64,000 bases of DNA from Candidatus Stammera capleta (GCA_036689465.1 CP144833.1:163093-227092), one strand, 5' to 3'; shown: positions 11,831 through 24,116, counted from the stretch's first letter. The notes: generated by a model from the sequence alone, not told the origin. Made by a program: numbers and translations.

Positions 11831-12130
11831 ATGAAAATAAAAATTAAAAAAATATATATATATAAAAATAAAATATATAATTTTTTATCAATTAAAAGTA
11901 AAATCAATAAATTACATTATCCTAGAATAGGAATAATAATTCCTAAAAAAAAAATTAAATATGCAGTACAAAGAAATAAAATAAGAAGAATAATACATGA
12001 AACATTTCGTTTACAACAACATAAAATTAAAAATAATGACTATTTATTAATAATTAAAAAATATATTCTAAATATTAAAAAAAAATTTTTATTTTTAATT
12101 GAAAAAGTATGAAAAAAATATTACAAATAA
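11831..12130 (+). CDS. rnpA: RNase P protein component (start uncertain: 11831, or 11720/11750 inside rpmH)
   Basis: The ORF 11720..12112 frame continues through one TGA to TAA at 12128..12130. HYPRIGIIIPKKKIKYAVQRNKIRRIIHETFRLQQHKI is the RnpA core. Confidence 0.85.
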
Positions 12131-12154
12131 AATAATTAAATATTTAATAAAACA

Positions 12155-13540
12155 ATGAATTCATTTAAAAAAATAATAATAATATTTATGATATTATTAA
12201 GTTCTTTAGCACAAGGAAAAAAAAATAAATACAAAAATAATTACATATATATAAAAAATAATGTTTTATTAATCAAAATAAATAAATTTAATGGTAATAT
12301 AAATAAAATTAAATTATTAAAATATAAAGATACTAAATCAATAAAAAACTTAAATAGTAAAATAGATACCAATATATATAAAATTAATTTAAATAAATAT
12401 AATAAAAAAAATATATTTTTTAAAAATATATATATATATAAAAATAAAGATTATATTAAAATAATATGAAATACAAAAGATAATAATACTATTTATAATA
12501 AATATTTTATATTAAATAAAAATTCATATAAATGATATTTAAACTTTAAAATAAAAAATAATTCTCAAAAAAATATCAGTTATAAAATATATAATAAAAT
12601 AATTAATAAAAATAATAATATTACAAATAATGTTTCATATTTAGATGAAAATAATAAATTTGAAAAAAATAATATACATAATATAAAAAATATTAAATCA
12701 TTTCCTCATAAAATTATTTGAACAACAATATCAGAAAAATATTTTTCTACTATTTTAATACCAATAAAAAACAATTATATAAATAACTTTAATATACAAA
12801 AAAAAAATAATGATACTATAGTAAAATATATAAATATTATAAAAATTAAACCTAAAGAAAATAAAACCATTAAATTCAAATTATGAACAGGACCTAATTT
12901 AACTAAAAATTTTAATAATTTATCAAAAAATTTAGATTTAAATATAGATTATGGGAAATTATGATTTATTTCTAAACCAATATTAAAAATATTAATTTAT
13001 ATAAATAAATTTGTAAATAACTGAGGAATTTGCATAATTATTATAACAATAATATCTAAAATACTTATGTATCCTATAAACAAATGACAATCAGAAATAT
13101 TAAATAAAATTAATTATATTTATCCTAAAATAGAAAAAATTAAAATTAAATACAAAAATAAAAAAAATAAAATAAACCAAAAAATTATTAATTTATATAA
13201 AAAATATAATGTAAATCCAATAACAGGATTTATGCTTATTTTAATACAAATACCATTATTTATATCTATATATAATGTAATTTCTCAAACAACAGAATTT
13301 AAAAACTCAAAATTTATATTTTGAATACAAGATCTATCTTCATATGACCAATACTATATATTACCACTTATAATGGGTTTATCAATGTTATTACTACAAA
13401 AAAAAAATAACGATAATAAAAATATATTTTTAACACCATTAATATTTGTAATATTATCATTATATTTTCCTAGTGGAGTAATATTATATTACACAATTAA
13501 TAACTTAATAACTTTTATACAACAAAATATATATAATTAA
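12155..13540 (+). CDS. yidC: membrane protein insertase YidC
   Basis: ORF 12155..12469 continues in the same frame through many TGAs. The C-terminal part reads ..MYPINKWQS..KYNVNPITGFMLILIQIPLFISIY..ILPLIMG..PSGVILYYTINNLIT. Confidence 0.9.
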
Positions 13541-13543
13541 AAT

Positions 13544-14944
13544 ATGATCAAAAATTTTTATGAAACCATATTAGCTCAATCAACTCCTATTGGATATGGA
13601 GGTATAGGTATAATTAGAATATCAGGTAAAAATTCTAAAAATATAGCCCAAAAAATATTAAATAAAAAATTATCTCCAAGAATTGCTAAATATACTTCTA
13701 TAAAAAATAAAAATGGAAAAATAATAGATTTTGGTATTGCAATATATTATAAATCTCCAGATTCATTTACAGGAGAAGATGTTTTAGAAATTCAATGTCA
13801 CGGAGGTCAAAAAATTATTAACTTAATTATTAAATCCATAATAAATTTAAAAATTAAAAATACAAGAATAGCAGAACCAGGAGAATTTACTGAAAGAGCT
13901 TATTGAAATAATAAAATAGATTTAATACAAGCAGAAACTATAAATAATTTAATATATTCTAATTCTGAAGAAAATATTTTTTCAGCAATCAAATCATTAA
14001 AAGGAGATTTTTCTAAAAAAATTAAAAAATTAATTAAAATAATTAATAATTTAATTTGTAAAATAGAAAAAAAAATTAGTTTTTCAGATAAAGAAATCAA
14101 TTCATTACAAATAATAAAAATTAAAGAAAATATAAATTTCATATACAAAAAAATTAAAAATATATATAAAAAATCTCAAAAAAGTTTTTTTATTAATAAT
14201 AAAATAAATATTTCTATAATAGGTAAACCTAATGTTGGTAAATCAAGTTTAATGAATTTATTAACCAACAAAAAAACCTCTATAGTAACTAATATACCTG
14301 GAACTACTAGAGATATAATTAAAAAATACCTAAATAATAATAACTTTAAAATACAAATAAATGACACTGCGGGAATACATAATACTAATAATAAAATAGA
14401 AAAAATAGGAATTAAAAAAACATGAAAATTAATTGATAAATCTCAAATAATTATTTTTATAGATAATGCATTTAATACATCAGAAAAAAAAATATATAAA
14501 ATATATAAAAAAAAAATACAAAAAAAAATTAAAAAAAAAAAAAAAATATTATATTTAATACGCAATAAAATAGATTTATCAAAAGAAAAAAAAAAAATAA
14601 TAAAAAAAAAAAAATATATTATTATAAATATGTCTATAAAAAAAAAATATGGAGTTAAAATAATTAAATCAGAAATAAATAAACAAATCAAAAAAATTAA
14701 TAAAAAAAATATATTTTTAGTACAACAAAGACATTTAAGTTTAATTAAAAAAATTTTAAAAGAAATTAAAAATTCTAAAAAAATAATTAAAAAAGATACA
14801 AATAAAAAAATAACTAATTTAGATATAATATATCAAAATTTATTTAACAGTCAAAAATTATTTAACGAAATATTAGGAACAAAAAAATTTACATCAAAAA
14901 AAATTATTTATAATATATTTAAAAAATTTTGTATAGGTAAATAA
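13544..14944 (+). CDS. mnmE: tRNA modification GTPase MnmE (TrmE)
   Basis: ORFs 13544..13906 and 14630..14944 are in the same frame (467 codons). It has the G1 motif GKPNVGKSSL, DTAGI, and the diagnostic C-terminal FCIGK. Confidence 0.93.
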
Positions 14945-14957
14945 ATTTATTATTGAT

Positions 14958-15920
14958 ATGAATATAAAAAAAAAAATAATAATTACAAAAAAAAAATCTA
15001 ATATAAGAATAGATATTTTTATAAAAAAAAAAATTAAAAATGTTTCTAGAAATAAAATACAAAAATTTATAAAAAAAAAAGGTATTTTAATAAATAATAA
15101 AATAATAAAAAAATCTAATTACAAAACTAAATTAAATGACTTAATAATTATTATTAACATAAAAAAAAAAATAATATATAAATCCAATAATAATATTATA
15201 TTAAATAAAATATATGAAGATAATAATATATTAATAATTAATAAACAAAATAATATTATCGTTCATCCAGGATGTGGAAATAAAAATAATACATTAATGA
15301 ATGCATTAATGTATTATTATCCCATAATATATAAAAATGTACCTAGATGTGGAATAATTCATAGATTAGATAAAAATACTACAGGATTATTAATAATAGC
15401 TAAAGACATAAAAACATATGAAAAATTAATTAATAATATGAAAAAAAAAAAAATTTTTAAATCATATATAACTTTAGTATGAGGTAAAGTAAAATCTAAT
15501 GGAATAATAAATAAACCCATATTAAGACATAAATATCAAAGAAAAATAATGTCTATAAATAAAAATGGTAAAAAAGCGATAACACATTTTAAAATAATAG
15601 AAAAATATTCCTTTTGTACATTATTAAAAATAAATTTAGAAACCGGTAGAACACATCAAATTAGAGTACATATGAATTATATAAAACATCCTATTATAGG
15701 AGAAAAAATATATACAAGAAAAAATATTTCAAAACAATTTAACATACCTAAAATAATAAAAAAAAAAATATGTAATTTCAAAAGACAAGCACTACATGCT
15801 CATTCATTAAGATTTAAACATCCTAACAATAAAAAAAAAATCACCCTTTATTCACATCTACCTAAAGATTTATGAAACTTAATTTTCAAATGTAGATTAT
15901 ACAGTAAATTTAAAAATTAA
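14958..15920 (+). CDS. rluD: 23S rRNA pseudouridine synthase RluD-type (S4 domain plus RluA-family core)
   Basis: ORFs 14958..15482 and 15549..15875 are in frame. GIIHRLDKNTTGLLIIAK, ETGRTHQIRVHM and RQALHAHSL are colinear with E. coli RluD. Confidence 0.85.
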
Positions 15921-16332
15921 ATTTTAATCATCTTTCTAAAATAAATACTGCAGAAATAGTATGTATATTATATTTGGAATAAAATAATTTATAAAAAATT
16001 AAATTATTATTAATAAAATTACGTGCAGCACAAGTAGTAAATCTTTCATCAGAAAAAAAAATTTTTAAACCAAATTTATTAATTAAACAAAATGCAAATT
16101 TTTTTATATATTTAGAAATTAATTTACTATTATTATTTTCTAAATCATAAGGATATCCTATTACAGCTGTTTTAATTAACCAAATATTGATTATTTTTTT
16201 TATATCTATTCAATTTATAGGAATACCATTTTTAGCATTTAAACAAACTAAAGGATTAGCGGTTCTGGTGTATCTTTGTCCTATAGCTACTCCTATATTT
16301 TTCATACCAAAATCAAAAGAAATAATAAACAT
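15910..16332 (-). CDS. ruvX: putative pre-16S rRNA nuclease / Holliday-junction-resolvase-like YqgF
   Basis: Hand translation from ATG 16332 gives [54 protein letters not shown], colinear with E. coli YqgF. There are two in-frame TGAs. Confidence 0.85.
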
Positions 16333-16726
16333 ATATTATATTACACATAACAAGTTCTTTAAATTTTATTTTAAACAAATAAATTTAATACTAAAATAGC
16401 ATTTTAAAATAAAAAACTAATAATTTCAAAATATTATTTAATTTTCATTATCTAAAATATTATAGATATAATTTTTATAAAAAATAACATATAAAAATTA
16501 TTTAAATTAAATACAAAAATTAATTTTATTCTTATAAATATAAGAATATTTTTTAAAAAAAATAAACATTTAAAATACTTAAATTAATATTAATACACAA
16601 AAAAAATAAAATTAACAATACTATATATATTTAAAAAGTTAATAATGAAAAAAAATAAAATTAAATATATAATAACATATAAATGTATTAACTCAAAAAC
16701 ATAAAATTTAACTTATAAATAATAAA

Positions 16727-17719
16727 ATGGAAAAAATAATATTTTACAGTTCTCAAAAATATGAAATAAAATATTTTAATAAAATAAATAAAAAATATAA
16801 ATTTAAAATTACTTATACAAAAAAAAAATTAAATTTACATACAGTAAATAAAGTTAAAGGATTTAAATATATTTGTATATTTGTAAATGATAATCTTAAA
16901 GATATAAAAATAATAAAAAAATTAAAAAAATTTAAAGTAAAATTAATCGCTTTAAGATGTACAGGATTTAATAATGTTAATTTAGAGTTATTAAAAAAAA
17001 ATAACATAAAAATAATAAATGTTAAATCTTATTCACCTGAATCCATAGCAGAATATACATTAGGATTAATTTTAAATTTAAGTAGAAAAATATATTTATC
17101 TTATCAAAATACTAAAAATAAAAACTTCAAACTTAATAATTTAGTAGGTTATAACTTAAAAAATAAAACTGTAGGAATTATAGGAACAGGTAAAATAGGT
17201 AAAATAGTAATAAAATTATTAAAAAATTTTCAAACTAAAATATTAGCATTTGATATTATTAAAAATAATGAAATATTAAAATATGGTGCAAAATATACAT
17301 CAATAAAAAATATATATAAATATTCAGATATAATTAGCTTACATTGTCCATATAATGAAGAAAATCACCATATGATAAATAAAAAAGTTATAAAAAAAAT
17401 GAAAAATAAAGTAATGATTATAAATACTAGTAGAGGTGAATTAATTAATACCAAAGATATAATAAATGCAATAAAAAAAAAGCAAATTTCTTCTTTAGGT
17501 ATGGATGTATATTATCAAGAAGAAAAATATTTTTTTAAAAATTATTCTAATAAAATAATTAAAGATAATAATTTAAATATACTTTTATCATATCCAAATG
17601 TTTTAATAACAGGACACCAAGCTTTTTTAACTAAAGAAGCACTAATAAATATATCAAAAATTACTTTAAATAATATATATAAAATATCACAAAATTTAAA
17701 ATGTGATGATTATATTTAA
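16727..17719 (+). CDS. ldhA: fermentative D-lactate dehydrogenase (2-hydroxyacid dehydrogenase family)
   Basis: The intact 330-aa ORF is colinear with E. coli LdhA: ICIFVNDN, IALRCTGFNNV, GIIGTGKIG, ISLHCP, MIINTSRG, GMDVY, TGHQAFLT. Confidence 0.9.
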   Translation: MEKIIFYSSQKYEIKYFNKINKKYKFKITYTKKKLNLHTVNKVKGFKYICIFVNDNLKDIKIIKKLKKFKVKLIALRCTGFNNVNLELLKKNNIKIINVKSYSPESIAEYTLGLILNLSRKIYLSYQNTKNKNFKLNNLVGYNLKNKTVGIIGTGKIGKIVIKLLKNFQTKILAFDIIKNNEILKYGAKYTSIKNIYKYSDIISLHCPYNEENHHMINKKVIKKMKNKVMIINTSRGELINTKDIINAIKKKQISSLGMDVYYQEEKYFFKNYSNKIIKDNNLNILLSYPNVLITGHQAFLTKEALINISKITLNNIYKISQNLKCDDYI

Positions 17720-17727
17720 ATATAAAT

Positions 17728-19077
17728 ATGTATCAACAAGGATTCAAAACAAAAATTAAAAATGATTATTTTCCAAAAGGAATAAATAAAAAAATTATTA
17801 AAATAATATCTCAAAAAAGGAAAGAACCAATATGAATGTTAGAAATAAGATTAAAAGCATACAAAATATGAAAAAAAATGAAAGAACCTCATTGATTAAA
17901 TGGAAAATATAATAAAATAAAATATAAAAAAATAAAATATTTTTCTAAACCACAAGAAAAATCTTATATTAAGAAAAACATTAAAAAAACATTCAATAAA
18001 TTAGGTGTATTAAGAAAAAATAGTAATCTAGGTGTAGATGCTATATTTGATTCTGTATCAATTAAAACAACATACAAAAAAAAATTATATAATAAATATG
18101 GTATAATATTTTGTTCTTTTAATGAAGCAATACAAAATTATCCTAAATTAGTTAAAAAATACATTTGTAAGGTAATACCTATAAATGACAACTTTTTTTC
18201 TACTTTAAATACAGCAGTATTATCAGACGGAACATTTATATATATCCCTAAAAATACAAAATGCCCAATAAATTTATCATCTTATTTTAGGATAAATGCA
18301 AATGTTAGCCAATTCGAAAGAACTTTAATAATATTAAAAAAAAATAGTTCTTTAGAATATATTGAAGGATGTTCAGCATCAATAAAAAAATATAACCAAT
18401 TACATGCTGGTGTAGTAGAAATAATTTTAAGTCAAAATTCTAAAATTAAATATTCTACTGTTCAAAATTGATTTCCTGGTAATCCGAAAGGAGGAGTATT
18501 TAATTTTGTTACTAAAAGAGCATTATGTAAAGGAAATAAAAGTCAAATATCTTGAATACAATTAGAAACAGGATCTGCAATAACATGAAAATATCCTAGT
18601 ACAATACTTTTAGGTAATAACTCAAAAGGAAGTTTTTTTTCTATATCATTAACTAAATTAAAACAACAAGCAGATACAGGAACTAAAATGATACATATAG
18701 GTAAAAAAACAAAATCATTTATTTTAGCTAAAAGTATAGCAACAGATAAAAGTATTAATACTCATAGAAGTTTGGTAAAAATAAATAGAAAATCTAAAAA
18801 ATCAAAAAATTTCACTAAATGTTCTTCATTGATGATAGGAAATAATTGTTGTATATTTACTCAACCATATATTAAATCTCAAAACAAATATTCATATATA
18901 GAACACGAAGCTAGTACTACATATATAAAAAAAGAACAAATATTTTTTCTTATGCAAAGAGGAATAAAAAAAAATTATGCATTATCAATGATAATTAATG
19001 GATTTTGTCAAAATATTTTAAATAAATTACCACCAGAATTTATTTTAGAATCTAAAACAATATTTAACATTTTTTAA
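17728..19077 (+). CDS. sufB: Fe-S cluster assembly scaffold SufB
   Basis: ATG 17728 is in frame with ORF 18688..19077 through several TGAs. ..DGTFIYIPKN..RTLIIL...S.LEYIEGCSA..HAGVVEI..YSTVQNW..ITWKYPS..QADTGTKMIH. Confidence 0.93.
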
Positions 19078-19092
19078 AAAAATATATTTTAT

Positions 19093-19844
19093 ATGTATAT
19101 ATTAAAAATTAAAAAACTACAAGTTAAAATAAAAAAAAAATATATTCTTAATAATATAAATTTAAAAATAAAATACGGAGAAACTCATGTACTTATTGGA
19201 CCAAACGGTTCAGGAAAAAGCAGTTTATCTTTAGTTTTAGCAGGTCATAAAAAATACGAAATAATTAAAGGAAAAATATTTTTAGATAATATAAATATTA
19301 ATAAATTAACTATAGATAAAAGATCTAAAAAAGGATTATTTATATCATTACAAAATAGTATAGAAATACCAGGATTAAATAATCAATATTTTTTATTTCA
19401 AGCTTATAACTCTAAAAGAATTTATAATAAAAAAAAAGAAATAAATCTAATAAAATTCAAAAAAAAAATATTTAAATATTTAAAAAAAATAAATTTTTCT
19501 AAAAAATTTTTACAAAGATCTCTTAATGTAGGTTTTTCAGGGGGGGAAAAAAAAAAGAATGACATATTACAAATATTAATTTTAAAACCTAAATTAATTA
19601 TATTAGATGAAATAGATTCAGGATTAGATGTTAATACATTTCAAAAAATTATTAAAATAATCAATAAATTAAAAAAAAAAAAAAAAGTTTTCTAATAATA
19701 ACTCATAATTTTAAAATATTTGATTATATTAAAATTAATAAAGTACATATTTTAAATAAAGGAGAAATAATTGCATCAGGAAAAAAAAATATTATTAAAA
19801 TAGTTAAAAAAAAGGGTTACAAATATTTCAAAAAACAAAAATAA
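19093..19844 (+). CDS. sufC: Fe-S cluster assembly ATPase SufC, interrupted by a frameshift inside an A16 tract
   Basis: ORF 19093..19695 carries Walker A GPNGSGKSS, signature FSGGEKKK and Walker B LIILDEIDSGLD, then stops (..KKKKKVF*). The H-loop and C-terminus, SFLIITHNFKIFDYIKINKVHILNKGEIIASG..KKKGYKYF, follow in the other frame from 19686 to TAA at 19842..19844. Confidence 0.85.
19671..19686 (+). repeat. A16 homopolymer at the sufC frame break
   Basis: TTA followed by five AAA codons in the ORF-track translation fixes the run at 16 A. One extra A would restore KKKKKSFLIITHN. Confidence 0.85.
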
Positions 19845-19862
19845 TTTTAATAAAAATTATTT

Positions 19863-20864
19863 ATGAAAATAAATAAAAGTAAAAATAAATATGAAAAAAA
19901 AATAAAATATATTATTAATAAAGTAACTAAAAAAATTTTACAAATAAAATCTAACAAAATATTTATTTTAGGTAGAAAAATTATATTATACAAAAATATA
20001 AACAAATTATTATCTATAAAATTACCCAAAAGTAAATATTACTTTATAAAAAAAAAAATAAAAAAAAAAAATATTAATTTACCTATACATTTAATTATAA
20101 TTAAAAAAAAAAAAAACGATTTTTTTAATATAAATATATCCATTAATAAAAATATATATATAAATATTATAGAAGAAAAAATAAATATCAGTAAAAATAA
20201 GTACTTTAATTTATTTTTAAATATAATAATACGTAAAAAATCTTACTTATATTATTTAAGAATAATAAATAATAATTTAAAAACTAAATTTTATTATGTA
20301 GATAATATTCAAGTAAATACTAAATCTAAATTTAAAAATAATATTTTCTTTATAAAATTTAAAAAAATTAATCTTATTAGTAATATAAAATTAAAAAAAA
20401 AATCTATTTTAGATATAAATAATATATCTATATTGCAAAAAAATTATTTAAAATTTAAAATAAATGTATTACATTGTTCTTCAAATACACAAAGCTATCA
20501 AAAATATAATAATATTATTTTAGAAAAAAGTATAATGAATTTTTCTGGATGAATAAAAATATTTAAACAATCATATTTTTCTAAAGCAAAAATAAAAAAT
20601 AATAACTTATGTATTTGTAAAAAATCAATTATAAATACTTCTCCAAAATTAAAAATAGAAAATAAAAATGCAAAATGCAAACATAATGTTAAAATAAATA
20701 ATTTAAATAAAGAAATAATATTTTATTTATTAACAAGAGGAATAAAATTTCAAAAAATAAAAAAAATATTAATTTTAAAATTTATTAAAAAAATATTAAA
20801 AAATAAAAATAATATACATATATATAAAAAAATATATTATATGTATAAAAAAATATTCAAATAA
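19863..20864 (+). CDS. sufD: Fe-S cluster assembly protein SufD
   Basis: ORF 19863..20552 continues through TGA. The C-terminal part, HCSSNTQSYQKY..FSGWIKI....AK....NL..S....I.T.P.L.I.....KC.H...I..L..E..FYL..RGI, fits SufD, and it sits between sufC and sufS. Confidence 0.8.
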
Positions 20865-20867
20865 TAT

Positions 20868-22100
20868 ATGAACTATAAAATAAAAAAAATAAAATTAGAC
20901 TTTCCTATATTAAGGAAAAAAATTAATAGAAATAAAATGGTTTATTTAGATAATGCATCTACATCTCAGAAACCTAAAATTGTAATTAATTCTTTAAATA
21001 AACTTTACAAAAATAATTATTCTTCTGTTAATAGAAGTATATATACACTAAGTAATAAAAATTCTAATAAAATAGAAAAAATAAGAATTAAAATAGCTAA
21101 ATTCATAAAAGCTACATCACCAGAAGAAATTATTTTTACTCAAAATACTACCGAAGGTATTAATTTAATAGCAAATGTACTAAGTAAAAAACATATATGT
21201 TCTAAAAATAATATTATAATTTCTATTTCAGAACATCATGCTAATTTCGTAACATGATATATAATTTGTAAAAATATAGGATGTGAATTAAAAATTATTG
21301 ATATAGATAAAGACGGAAATATTAATATAAATAAATTAAAAAAAATAATAAATAAAAATACTAAAATTATATCACTTACTCATATATCTAATGTATTAGG
21401 AATAATAAATCCAATAGAAAAAATTATTCAACTAATTAAAAAATTTAATATTATTACTATAATAGATGGATCTCAATCTATAGTACATAAACATATAAAT
21501 GTTAAAAAAATTAATTGTGATTTCTATATATTTTCTGGTCATAAAATGTATGCTCCAACAGGAACAGGTGTAATATATTGTAAAAAAAATATAATTCAAA
21601 ACCTAGATCCTTGAAAATTAGGCGGGGGAATAATAGCTAATATAAATATAAAAAACAATAATATCAACAACATAAAATTCATTAATTCACCATGAAAATT
21701 TGAATCTGGAACATATAATTTAGAATCAATTATAGGATTAGGAAAAGCTATTGATTACATTAAATCTATAGGATTAAAAAATATTATTAAACATGAAAAA
21801 AAAATTATTAACTATACCTTAAAAAAATTAAAATCAATACCAAATATTAAAATATATGGTACATTACCTAAAGTAGGTTTAATATCATTTAATATAAAAA
21901 AATTTCATTGTTATGATATAGGTATGTTATTAGACCAATATGGTATATCTATAAGAACAGGTAATCAATGTAGTATACCTTTAATGAAATTTTACAATAT
22001 ACCTGGAGTATGTAGAATATCTATAGCTATGTATACTTCTAAAAAAGATATAAATACTTTTATATATACACTAAAAAAAATTATCCAGAAAATTAAATAA
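20868..22100 (+). CDS. sufS: cysteine desulfurase SufS
   Basis: ORF 20868..21257 continues through TGAs (411 codons). LDNASTSQKP, SEHHAN, the PLP-lysine region FSGHKMYAPTGTGV and RTGNQCS are present. Confidence 0.93.
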
Positions 22101-22102
22101 CC

Positions 22103-22534
22103 ATGAAAAAATTACCAAATAAAAAAAAATTAATAAACAATTTTAAAATATGTTGAAATAATGAAGAAAAATTAATGTATTTAATAGATTTAGGTAAAAG
22201 TCTACCATTAAATAATAAAAATATACGTAATAAAGAAAATTTTATTTATAAATGTAATAGTAATATATGAATAAAAATTAAAAAAAATAACAATATTATA
22301 AAAATTAATGGAGATAGCAATACACTAATTATAAAAGGATTATTAGCAATAATAATTATTATATATAATAAAAATAATAATATAAAAAAAATAAATAATA
22401 AAATATATAATTTTTTAAATAAAATTAATTTATTAAAACAATTTACCTTAAATAAATTAACTAATTTAAATACTATACTTCTGTATATTAAAAAAAAAAT
22501 TTTAAATATTCAAAATAAAGATAATAAAAAATAA
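22103..22534 (+). CDS. sufE: cysteine desulfuration protein SufE
   Basis: MKKLPNKKKLINNFKICWNNEEKLMYLIDLG...C.SNIWIKI...GDSNTLIIKGLLAII is colinear with E. coli SufE, including the active-site Cys. Confidence 0.88.
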
Positions 22535-22592
22535 TAATATAATAAATATAAATATGAATAATATTTAATTTATAATTTAAAATTAAAAATAT

Positions 22593-24104
22593 ATGTTATG
22601 AAATTTAATTAAAATTAGTTTATCAACTTTTTTATCTAAAATAATAGGATTTTTAAGAGATATGGTTATAGCAAATGTTTTCGGTATAAATATAGAAACC
22701 GATTCATTTTATACTGCATTTAGATTACCTAATATGTTAAGAAAAATATTTGCAGAAGGAGCATTTTCATACGTTTTTATTCCCATATTAACAGAATATA
22801 AACAAAAAAAATCAAAAAAAAAAATCAATGAATTAGTATCAACAGTATATTATATGTTGTTAACAATACTTGTAATAATAACAACATTAGGAATAATATT
22901 TTCTACTAGAATTATAAAAACCATATCTCCAGGATTTATAAAAAATGAAAATAAATTCCAATTAACAGTAAATATACTAAAAATTACTTTTCCTTATATA
23001 ATATTAATATCTTTGTCATCATATTTAACATCTATATTAAATATATGAAATATATTTATATCTCCTACATTTATACCAATAATATTAAATACAACAATAA
23101 TATTATGTAGTTTATTTATTATAAAATATTTTCATAAACCTATATATGGATTATCTTTATCTATTATAATAGGAGGAATATTGCAATTAATATATCAAAA
23201 AATTAATATTAAAAATACACCTTTAAAAATTAAAATAAATAATATTAATATATTCCATCCGGAAATTAAAAGAATATTAATAAATATATGTCCTATTATT
23301 TTAAGTATGTTGTTATATCAAATATCTCAGGTAATTAACAGCAGCATTATATCTTATTTACAAGAAGGAACAATATCTTGAATATATTATGCAGATAGAT
23401 TAATAGAATTACCATTAAGTATTATAGGTGCTACTGTAAGTAGTATTTTATTAACTAAATTGTCTAATAGTTATCATAAAAAAGACAATAAAAAATTTAA
23501 TAAAACAATAAATAAATACATAAAAATTACATTATTATTAAGTATACCTATATCTATATTACTTATATTGTTATCAAAAATAATCATAATAACTTTATTT
23601 AAATATGGTAAATTTACTACTATAGATGTTTTAATGACATCACAAATATTAATTTCCTATGCATTAGGATTAACAGGATTAATATTTATTAAAATTATTA
23701 CTCCATGTTTTTATTCACAATATAATAATAAAATACCAATTAAAATAGCGTTATTAAATTTAATTATTACACAAATAATGAATATTTTTACTATTAAAAT
23801 ATTTAAACATGCGGGATTAGCATTATCAATAAGTATATCTTCATATATAAATTCAATAATATTATATTTACAACTTAGAAAAAAAAAAATTATTAACTAT
23901 AAATACAATTGAAAAATATTTATAATTAAAATTTTTTTATCAAGTTTAATAATGTGAATTATTTTTGAATTATTATTTAGAAATACATATAATAATTTCA
24001 TCAACCTAAACTTTAAATTTAGATTAATGAAACTATTATTAATATTAACTACTAGTAGTATTACTTATATATCTAGTTTATTTTTACTAGGAATAAAAAT
24101 TTAA
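22593..24104 (+). CDS. murJ: lipid II flippase MurJ (MviN)
   Basis: ATG 22593 and ORFs 22662.., 23181.. and 23460.. are all in one frame (504 codons). GFLRDMVIANVFG...TDSFYTAFRLPNMLRKIFAEGAFS..F.PIL. Confidence 0.92.
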
Positions 24105-24116
24105 TAATTAAAATAT

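Noticed and set aside
16400-16726. A 327-nt gap between ruvX and ldhA, and the other gaps of at least 100 nt (4053..4260, 50324..50459, 53854..53978, 56326..56515), were checked for small RNAs, riboswitches, IS remnants and CRISPR repeats.
   Set aside because: All are near-pure A/T with no G/C-containing stems, no repeat arrays and no ORFs. In this composition -10/-35-like hexamers are everywhere, so I make no promoter calls.
18406-18413. Chi-like octamer GCTGGTGT inside sufB, looked for because recBCD is intact.
   Set aside because: It matches E. coli Chi at 7 of 8 positions, occurs once, and is explained by the conserved HAGVV coding sequence.
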